Shown here: piece after piece, positions 39,829 to 49,861 of the stretch
How positions within the stretch are numbered: the stretch's first letter is position 1
How the letters are laid out: every line of letters starts with the position of its first letter
Origin: Takakia lepidozioides
Lineage: Eukaryota; Plantae; Bryophyta
Reading direction: 5' to 3'
DNA: 64,000 bases
Assembly: GCA_030704615.1 (NCBI GenBank)
Contig: CM060732.1
Location: 62,682,001 to 62,746,000 of the forward strand
Made by a program: the position numbers and the translations under genes
Notes under the pieces: model-generated
The model's input: only the letters and a program-made list of their open reading frames with translations
The model's database searches: none
What the model was told of the DNA's origin: nothing

Positions 39829-40734
39829 CACACCCCTACCAACAGGGAGTCGATGTCCTCATCGACTTGTCCATTTTGTAGAAACGAACATCCAAGTTGT
39901 GGCGTCCCACATCAAGGAGTTTGTTTCTGTACCATGGCGTCCCATGGCAAAGAACCAAACCCCACACTTGACTCTACTCTCCACTAGCTAGTTCGGCCGA
40001 CTTCCTCCAAGTCCCGGCCAAGGGTGGAGCCTCTCCAGCTCCTCCCAGTGCACTCTTCTTGGCCTACTTCAAGGCCAAGGAACGATCCTCCCCGAGGATC
40101 GAATCGCCTTACTGCAACAACATTGCTTGCGATCGCTCATGATGCCGCTTTTGGCATCACCTTGAGCAAGGGTTCACCTGGAACCCTCTTTGACTAGGAA
40201 GATAACCTTGAACCAACCGTGCGCCCCAATCACTACAATTGGGTCCGCCTTGGAATGCTGGCCTGAGGTACGGGAACACGCCGAAGCCGCACTACGACTT
40301 CGTCCCGAGGCTACACGATTATAGTACGTGAACGGAAGCACGTAGCTTCCGCGTTAGCCCGCACTACAAGGCAACCCCCTCGGTAGCGCAGTTATAGTAC
40401 GCGCACGCGCCAGGTGCGCACTAGCACGTGAACTCCCAAAGAAGGCGCAAGTTTCCTTGCCCCTTGGATGGGAGTCACCCGATTTCGGCACTACGCAAAC
40501 ACACGATTAACCCAATTTACCTCTCCCACTTTTGTAAGCTAGCATGCATTCTACACACTAGCCAACCACACCATGCATCACCATTCCAAACACAATAGGA
40601 CGCACAATATTTGGAACCCATTTCCTTTATAACAAATTTTTGTACAATACAAGTTTTTGCAATCGGATTCCTGAGCTAGCTAAACCGGGCTAAGCATGCA
40701 TTTCCTCCCCCACGCTCCAAGGTTGATGTCCCCA

Positions 40735-43700
40735 TCAACGCTTCTTCCGCTTTTGAGGTCGCCCTTCGAAAGCTGCAACCGCCTCGGATGCGTTTCCCAT
40801 TTCTGAGGCACGCACCCAAGATGCCTCCACATGATGATAGCCCTTCCATTTGACGAGATACTCCGTTTCTCGGTTCCTGAACCTCCTCGACTTAAGTATT
40901 GCCTCCACCTCGTACTCAGGTTCATTTTCATGATCCAACAGCATAGGTGGCGGACGCAACACTTGATGCCGATTCGGACGCGCTTCATCTTTGAAGTAAG
41001 GCTTCAAAAGGGAGACATGGAATACTGGGTGCACCTTGCTGTTTGCCGGCAGCTCCAATTCATACACATCCTCATTCATAACCTTCCGAATGCGAAAGGG
41101 TCCCGCATACGGAGGTACGAACTTCGGACTCACTTCCGGAGGTAGTCGGAAATTCTTGATGTTCAACCAGACCTCTGTGCCTGCCTCAAACTTCACTTCC
41201 CTCCGCTTCCGATTCGCCTGCCTTTCATACCGTTTCCTAGCTTTGGCAATATTGTACTTTGCGAGCTTCAACAAACGCTCGCGTTCTTCCAGTACCGCCG
41301 CTACTGCCGGTTCCTCAACGTCCTGGGCGGCCCAACTTGTCGGCACCAGAGGTGCTTTTCCATAGACCAATACGAAAGGGGAAACTCCCGTTGCGGAGTG
41401 TTCTGTGTTATTATAACAGAACTCTGCCGCGTCTAAGTGTTCCATCCAGTCTGATTGGTCTGCCGACACGTAATTCCGCAAGAATTGCTTCACTACGGAA
41501 TTCACTCTTTCCGTTTGGCCGTCCGTCGTAGGTCGGAAGGCGGTGCTCATCTTCAGCCTCGTCCCATCTTCTTCCAAAGTGTCCTCCAAAATTTACTCGT
41601 AAACTTTGGATCGCGGTCCGAGACAATATCCTTCGGGACTCCATGATGCTTTAAGACGTGGGCGAAGTAAAGTCGCCCTGTCTCCTGCGCCGTTGCCGTC
41701 TCCTTGGTGGGGATGAAATGGCCCATTTTACTGAACCTATCTACCACCACCATGATTGCATCGAATCCTTTTGACAGCGGCATAGCAGTCATGAAATCCA
41801 TCGAGACGCTTTCCCAAGTCCCCTCTGGAATCGGCAAGGGTTGTAACAGCCCCGCTTGCTTTTTGTACTCGCTCCGGTTTTGTTGGCATGTGGTGCATGT
41901 CTTGACATACTCCTCTGCCTCCTCCCTCAGTTTGGGCCAGAAATACTCTTTCTTCAAGAGTGCCGCAGTGCGCTTGGCTCCGCCGTGGCCCGCAAGCGGG
42001 CTATCATGGCATTCTCTCAAGAGGCTATTTCTGATCCCTCCCTTCGGCACATAGAGACGTTTTTGCTTATACCGGAGCAGTCCATTTTGCAAGTGGAACT
42101 GCGATTTAACCCCCATTCTCAAGTCCTGCATCACGGACTTTGCCAGCTCATCCTTCCGGCAAGCCTTCCGGATCTTCCTTTGGAGCGCCGTCTCGCCCTT
42201 GTACACCAACAAGAGCTGCTGCTTTCTACTTAAAGCATCGGCCACCACATTGTCCCGTCCCGGTTTGTACTGGATATCCACGTCGAACACTGCCAAAGTA
42301 TCTTGCCACCTAAGTTGTTTTGGGGACAACTTGGGCTGCGTGGCAAAATACTTCACCGTGACATTGTCCGTGAACACCTTCACTGGGTTGGAACCAACAT
42401 AGTGGCGCCAGAGCTCAAGGCAATGCACCACCGCCTTCATCTCTTTTTCGTGCGTCGGCCACCGTCGCTCCACTTCATTCAGTTTCTTACTTTCGTAAGC
42501 CACTGGACGTCCATCTTGCATAAGTACACCCCCAATCGCGAAGTCCGATGCATCTGTATGAATCTCAAACGGACGATCGAACTCCGGGATTTTCAAGACT
42601 GGAGCTTCCGTCATCCGCTGCTTCAATTCAGCAAAAGCTTGGCCACAAAATGTGTTCCATACCCAGACTTTGGATTTACACAGAAGGTCCGACAGCGGCC
42701 CCGCGATCTTGGCGAAATTTCTCACATACTTCCGGTAATAGGAGGCGAGTCCTAGGAAGGATCGCACTCCCGGGACCGAAGTCGGAGGCTCCCAGTCCAA
42801 GATCGCCCTCACCTTTCTGTCATCCATTTTGATCCCATCCTGTGTAATCACATGCCCCAGGAACTCCACTTTTGTGACCCCGAATTCGCACTTTGAAGCT
42901 TTGGCATACAGCTTCCCTTCTCGCAATTTTTGGAACACCCTTTTGAGGTGCTCCAGGTGCTCCTCCTTTGTTTTCGAGTACACCAAGATGTCGTCGATGT
43001 ACACGATCACAAAGTCATCCAACCACTCCTGGAAAAGGCTGTTCATCAGCGTGCTAAATGTCGCTGGTGCATTGGTGAGCCCAAAAGGCATCACCAAGAA
43101 CTCATATGAACCATACCTTGTCCTGCACGCGGTCTTCTCCTCATCTCCTTCCGCCACCCGAATTTGGTGATAGCCGGAGCGCAAGTCGATCCGGCTGAAA
43201 TACTTCGCTCCTGCCAACCGATCGAAGAGGTCGTCGATCCTTGGCAAAGGTACCGGTTTTTGATAGTCACCTTATTCAGAGCCCTGTAATCGACACACAT
43301 CCGCAGCGTCCCATCCTTCTTGTCTGCAAATAGCACCGGGGCTCCGTAAGGTGACTTACTCGGCCGGATGTACCCCTTTGACATTAGATCCTTGAGCTGA
43401 GTCTTCAGCTCGACCAACTCTCTGTGGCTCAACCGGTAGGGCGCCTTGGCAGGCGGTTCCGATCCCGGTATCACCTCAATCTTGTGGTCAACTCCTCTTC
43501 GCGGTGGCAAGCCGCTTGGTAAATCCTCCGGCATCACATCCTGGTATTTCTCCAAAATCCCCTTGATCCAATCTGGGCTCGGCTCCCCATCGCCTTCTCC
43601 TTTCACTTCTCTAATGTAAAGCAAAAACTGGGGCTCGTGTGCCTCCTCCACGGCCCACTCCTTTGCTGACAGAAGGTTTATTCGCCCTCCCACGGATTTG

Positions 43701-45295
43701 GGCGTTTCTGACACTCGTAAAACCTCGCCACCATTCCCACATGGCAGCGTGACTACTCTCTTGCGGCCATCTATGACCGCTCCGGATTTGCTCAAAAAGG
43801 TCATCCCCAAAATGAGATCCACTCCATCGATCTCGCAGATGGTGAAGTTCTCACGTCCCTCCCAACTCCCCAGTTGAAGAGGAACATCAATCGCCAACCT
43901 TGTCGCCAACTGTGGTTCTCCTTTGGCAGAACGCACCTCAATAGAAGCCCCCACGTCACTTGTCGGGAGTCCCAGCTTTTGTGCCGTTGCCGGTGTCATA
44001 AAGGAGTGCGACGCTCCTGTGTCCACCAACAACGACACATTAGTTCCGGATATTATCCCATCCACGAACAATAACTGACTCCCTTTTCGTAAAGCGCCAG
44101 TTTCCTGATACAACTCACAAGAAAATTTGCCTACCTTGCAAGTCCTGGCGACCACCGCTTCCACCAAGCGACTGATGGTATCTTCCGACAGCTCCGTGGT
44201 CGCCCGAGTCATGTTCAATTGCCGGGGCTTCGTGCACTTCTTGGCCATGTGCCCGGGCTCCCCGCAATTGAACCACACTCCATCAAAGGTCGCCTTCTGT
44301 CCGACATAAGCCACTCCACCCGCTTTTCCTTTCGGAGCACCGGGTGCCGCCTTGACGTGTGAAGGCCCTCCCTTCGATTTCCACGTGCCATTTTCGCCGC
44401 GTGGCCTATCCCACTTCTTTTCCGGTCGGAAGGAGTCACCTTCCCGCCGAATCTTCTTGTGGTTCAGCTCCGTACGGCCTTGTCTTTCATCCCTAGGGAC
44501 ATCCGAGAAACATTCAGCCCTCTCAATTGCCTCGTTCAAAGTCTTGGGTGGCTTCTCCTCCAACTTCCGCCTGGCCCATGGGGCCAGTCCTGCCACAAAG
44601 TTGAAGACCATTTCTGGTTCTGCCATGTCCGCGACTTCGAGCAACAGCACATTGAAAGCCTGGACATACCCCCGAATGTCATCTGTTTGCTTCAAATTCC
44701 TCATCTTGTCCCGGGCGAGCCAGGACGCGTTGAGGGGCACAAACTGTCTCTTCATCAATTCCTTGAACCCACTCCAGTTCAAGGTTTCCGGGGTTGGACC
44801 TCGGTCGTGAAGGCGTTTCTGCCACCATTGTTGAGCATAGCCCCTCAAATAGGTGGGAGCCACTTCCACTCGATCCTCGTCACTCAACTTGGCCGCCCGG
44901 AAGTACTGCTCTAGCTCCAGGAGCCAGGTGTTGAGTGCCTTCCGATTTCGGACGCCCTCGAAGGTGCCGGGTTCCTTAGGCTTCACCTTAAACTTTGCCT
45001 TAGTGGAAGTGGCATTAGCCGCCTTCAACACTTCTTTCAACGTCCCGCCAAACTGCGCCAACAACCCTTCCCAAAAGGCTGCCGGCATGGGAGGCATCTC
45101 TTGGTTTGTCGGAGCTCTCAAGGATTCCTCGGGCTCCGACTCCTCGGATTCCTCCCGCTCGTGAGCGGCCTCGTTTTCGGAAACATGCATCGCTTCCTCA
45201 AACGGCCGCCTCGGTGACACGTCGCCCCCATCGGGCTCACCGGGATCATCATCTTTTGGGCCGTTCCGCTTTCGCTTCGGCTTGCCCGACCCCAT
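40735..45295 (-). pseudogene. Chromovirus gag-pol polyprotein with two single-base frameshifts (about 43249 and about 41563)
   Basis: Gag with knuckle [14 protein letters not shown] (first Cys replaced by Trp), protease [21 protein letters not shown] and RNase [14 protein letters not shown]. Integrase has HHCC, SMDF, SDRDPKF and ERVN, followed by PYAGPF. Chromodomain YEVEAIL...YLVKWKGY...SW. Confidence 0.93.
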
Positions 45296-45336
45296 GATGA
45301 GGCCAATCCCAAGGACGATCGCGTACTGAACTCTAA

Positions 45337-45348
45337 GCTCTGATACCA
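45337..45348 (-). promoter_or_regulatory. Primer binding site complementary to initiator tRNA-Met
   Basis: TGGTATCAGAGC lies 2 nt inside the 5' LTR end. Confidence 0.95.
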
Positions 45349-45350
45349 AG

Positions 45351-46077
45351 TGTCACGCACCTCACTTCGGTAAACTCCCCTTCAAGTCATAGTTACTCGC
45401 TTTGATGCGTGCGCCTGACTCCCAACCTAGCCGCTGGGCCAACTTGGAGCTTCGGCTGCTCACCGGGACATAACGGTCCCCCCTTTGCTTCCCTCTAAAA
45501 CCCTCCACCTAATTGGGACTAGGAGAATTCCCTTTGGTAGATGGCAGTCCGGAACAGCTCCCCACTCTTTGGTCGCTTTCCTGCTCGTTCGCTTACTCAC
45601 TAGTTTTTGGTCACCAACGGGCTTGCACCGTTCTCGGGGTTACTACTCCCTATATATACTTCTGTAGCTGTCCGCGGGGGTTTCACAACCAGCCATGCCA
45701 TTTTATGGCGAACCACCACGAAGACCCTCGATTCCCGGTGGTGAGTCGCGGTGAGTCTTGGCCCGCTCACCACGGCCTTTATGGACCGTGATGAGTCCCA
45801 AGACTCCCCACGACTCCCACCACGAGGTCTCTGCCCCCTTGGTGAGTCATATGCCACCCCCACTAAGTCCCACTAAGCTACCACCACCCCTTGTGGAGCC
45901 ACCCCCACCGCAACCCGGTGTGCGGGGCTCCACCTAGTGAGCGCCTCCGCCTCCTTGAGTGCTTTGGGCACTCAAGGGTGCTTCAGCCCCCGTACCTATC
46001 GCTGCTACTGCCCCCACCACAGGGGCAGCCCCTCTTGTGTCCCGACCTCCCTGCCCTCAAGGCAAAGGGCCGCGACA
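45351..46077 (-). repeat. 5' LTR of the chromovirus (727 bp)
   Basis: Near-identical to 39105-39828 and adjacent to the PBS. Confidence 0.97.
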
Positions 46078-48585
46078 TCGGTGGCATGGTGAGACGGACG
46101 AGGAGATGGTGCCGGGATGGCACGCATCTGCATTTTTGTGTATCTTGGCATCGGGAGGTCAGGTTGGACCTACAACAGGGATGAATGTAGACGGAGTGTC
46201 TAAGGACCCTGAGGCTAGTGATGAGCCAGGTGGTGCCAGAGATATACATGAGGATTCGGCTGTGTTGGACTACCTCCGCACGGGAGACACGGCAGCCACT
46301 ATGACTGCCAGAGAGAGGGATCGAATCCTGCAACGAGCCAAGAGGTTCAAGTGGGAGGGGATACACCTACTTCGAATATGGGAGGATGGTCGGGTGAGGA
46401 TTGTGCCTCACCCCACACAGCATGCACGGTTAGTGCGGCATGCCTATGAGGAGTTGGGGCATTTTGGAGTGCGACGCACTCACAATTTACTGCAGGGGCA
46501 GTATTGGTGGCGTGATATGCATACAGAGGTACAATAGTTTGTGGCTAGGTGCATGGTGTGTGACAGGGTGCGTGCTTCATTCAACGCCCCTACACCACAG
46601 TTGCATCCTTTACCAATCATGGGATAAGGCTACAGGTGGAGTCTTGACTTCACAGGACCGTTGCCCCTGACTATGGCGCCACCACAGATATGTGTTGGTG
46701 ATGGTGGTGCACTTCTCCAAGTGGATTGAGTTGGTTCCATTGCCTGACAATGCTAGTGAAGGGGCTGCGTATGCATTCTTGGATCGGGTGCTTAGCCGAT
46801 TTGGTGCTCCAACTAAGGTACTCACGGACCAAGGGAGAGAGTTCTTGGGGGAGTTTCAAGCTTTGTGTGATAAAGCCTTGATAGACCACCGCACCACTTC
46901 TCGGGATCATCCTGAGGCCGATGGCTTGGCAGAGAGAGTTGTTCAGACGATGAAGAAGGGTTTGCGTAAGTATGGCTTGTAGAAGGGACATCTAGGAGAT
47001 TGGGATCTTCAGGTTCCTTGGTTAGCCATGGGCTACAGGTTCAGCAAACAAGCATCACTTGCCTCCTTCTCACCATATGTCCTTATCTTTGGCCGAGAAC
47101 CGGATTTGCCTGCAGCCATTCGTAGGGACACTGCTCAAGTCCTTAACCTTGACGATCCGGACGTGTGGGTACGTGCATGTGATCAGCGTGCAGAGTTGTT
47201 CAAGAAAGTCATGCCCATGGCTTTTGAGAACCTTGCCATTGCACAGCACCGTGACACGTTGAGGTATGCCACTATACGTGGTGGAGGATATCGTCCTGGG
47301 GTTCGGAGGTTTAGCCCTGGTGACTATGTTTATTTGCAGCAGACTGCTCCTACGACTCTGGATGTTACTGCAGGGCGTGTTATTTTGAGGGTTCGAGAGG
47401 TGTTGCCCTCAAGGGTCCTGATCTTGGAGGGTCGGGATGACATGACTTGGAAGAACCATGTGCGTAATTGTGCGCCATGTCACCTTCCCAATGTTGATGG
47501 CAGAGTTGACCCAAACTTGACAGTTGTACATGCAGGTTTGAGGTGCATGCTCTGTGGGTCTGCCAAAGGGGCAGCCACCATGCTGGTGTGTGATCGATGC
47601 TCAAGGGGTTGGCATATGGGATGCTTGACACCACCTCTTGAGAAGGTTCCTGACGGAGATTGGTTGTGTCCACACTGCTTGGGATAATGGCAGTGGACAT
47701 GACTGGAGGCAGCTAACAAGACATGGGAGGCCAAGCTCATAGGAGTCAATACATGAGATCCCAAGCTCAAGTTCACAGGTTGCAAGACGGCGACTAACGA
47801 TGGGGCAACTCTTGCACCCGGCCTCTTGATCTATCGAGTTTGAGTGTAGTAGGGATAGTGGTGGAGGACTTAGTGAGGCTATGGGCACTATCACATCTTG
47901 TGGCTACCTGGACTTAGAGGGACCTAAGCACCAGCTAGGGGGGCGATTGTGTGGACTAGTGACTGCCATAGTGGGCAACATAGTGGTAGCCTAGTGGTTG
48001 GACTAGTGGTGGACTAGTGATATACTAGTGTGTGGCGTGCACATGTGTTGTGTGGTTTTGGACAGCGATGTAGTTGTGTAGCGATATGTATGCGCACGAC
48101 AATTTCTTCTAGTTCGAGAGGTGGCTGAGCAGAAAAAGGGGCTGTTCTTGTGGTACCATGGCACACTCAAAGGTTTTTCTTTTTTAACTTAGTTTTGGTT
48201 GAAGTTCATTGCCATAGCAATTTGTTTCATCTTGTTAAGTGGAGGACTTCGCGATTTTTATAGAAAGATTGATTGATAGCTTGTTTTCTATCATACATTG
48301 GTTGTCCTACGCTCTTCTAGCATGTAGATAAACTGCCTTAAGTGCGGACATCGACAACAAGTGGGCTGGGCTATAAGCCTAATATTCCACAACAGACACT
48401 AACTCGTTGGTTTTGTGGGTGCTTGTTATGGGACTAGGTGAGCCAGCCCTTATTTTTAGGCTTGTTTGTTCTTCAGGTTTGCAGAGAGAGACAACATGTA
48501 GGCTAAGTTTTTGTCTTTTTGGTGTGTTTGCTAGGATCTTCCTTCGCTGGCTGCTTGGTCGGAAACATTGGGAATAGGCATTACC

Positions 48586-48758
48586 TTGTGAGGGACTCAC
48601 TCTAGTAATGTAACTTACCTTGATATGAACAATTAGTTCGGGCTCTCCATGTAGCCTCTAGATTGCCTTTCACACAAACATCAATTTGTTGCATGTGAGT
48701 AGCCCAACAGTTAGACCACAACAATGCTGGCTGTAGGCTCAGCCTTGACATTTTGAAG
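48586..48758 (+). repeat. Third copy of the about 307-bp repeat family
   Basis: TTGTGAGGG.CTCACTCTAGTA...AACAATTAGTTC...CCTCTAGA...ATGTGAG.AGCC...TTAGACC.CAACA...TAGGCTCAGCCTTGA.ATTTTGAA matches about 15518-15690. Confidence 0.8.
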
Positions 48759-49861
48759 TGACAGTGAGAGAGAGATAGGGCTAGTTATGTCAAGACTAGA
48801 AAAGAAAAAATCAACATCAGGTTGTCTATTTTAAGAAAAAGACATCATCAGCCTTCTTTGAAAGGCTCTATCAATAAAATCCAACACCAACCCAAAAATG
48901 TGGAGACTAATTACAAAGTCGACCATATATGCAGAGACTGAAAATGTACAAAGGAAATTGTTTCATTTTCTCAATTGTTGATAAGAGTACTCCCCAGAGA
49001 GACATTCAAACTCCCAGAGGAAAGCTGTCCGGTAACCTCAGAGACCTTCAGCTGGGTCGAGAGATTTGGAGAGCATATTGGAGCCAAGCTTATCTGGGGG
49101 CAATGTTTCATACAATCTATGTTACACCCTCTCAGGTATTTTCATGTGTCTCTTCTCTTGGATAGCAGACAATGTCAACAGACAGCAAGCAGAAATTGTC
49201 CTCCTTCCTCATTTCCTGCAAAACTACTTTCGGTCTTCAACCCTGCAACAAGTTCACGTGAGTCATAGAGAACCCAACGAAATTCAGGACAGAACTCTCA
49301 TATAAATGCTGATGCAGACACTCTACCTGAAGGCAGCTGCCTTTCTGCCCTCAAAAGCACGGCAAACCTTGACCCTTGCCACCTGCATGAACACAAAATT
49401 AAGCGTCTTAGAGGTGCCAAAAGAACAACTGGTGACTCCAAATGCAGGGCATGGTGCCGGTGTGGAAGCAAGATGTACAATGAAGGGGCCTAGCTTTCAT
49501 TTAGGGATGCCCCAAAATGTCAAAAAGACATCGAACATTGGTTCACCTGCTTCGGAAAGGACTTAATTAGAATATACCGGATTACCATCAATCCAGAACA
49601 CCTGAAGATAAAAACCATACACAGGAGGGCTGCAACTAGAATTGAGACTATCCAGGCACCAAAATGCAGCAGGTTGTAGCAGGCTAGATCACACATTATA
49701 CACACTAACATGCTCATTTCATACTTAATACTACACAATTGACCAGATAGCGATAAACAACCAGAGTCTCTGAACTCATATCCTTCCTCTAAAAAAGGGA
49801 GAATCTGCACGAGATGACAGATCTTAACTACCTGTTCCAGCACAAGAGCAATTCCTCTCCT

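Larger units (their letters stand above)
39105..46077 (-). mobile_element. Full-length Ty3/gypsy chromovirus (class I chromodomain; Galadriel/Tcn1-like)
   Basis: LTRs at 39105-39828 and 45351-46077 with TG...CA ends. 5-bp TSD TCGGT at 39100-39104 and 46078-46082. PBS TGGTATCAGAGC (45348-45337). Domain order gag-PR-RT-RH-INT-chromodomain. Confidence 0.97.
37850..48050 (+). mobile_element. Degenerate Ty3/gypsy element (RT-RNaseH-integrase-PHD), 5'-truncated and split by the nested element at 39105-46077
   Basis: RT: [36 protein letters not shown]. RNase H: LHTD, AYASR, YEGECLA, TDHQPL. The frame continues across the insertion (DDTGAR|WHGETDEE). Integrase has HHCC (HEELGH...CMVC) and a core (LTDQGREF, GLAERVVQT), then a PHD finger at 47544-47678. 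PPT about 47937-47946 and a probable 3' LTR starting TG at 47948. Several stops and frameshifts; no gag or protease found upstream. Confidence 0.9.

Noticed and set aside
43240-43260. Programmed ribosomal frameshift between the 752-aa and 564-aa ORFs
   Set aside because: The break lies inside conserved RT sequence, not at the gag/pol boundary. It is best explained as a 1-nt deletion.
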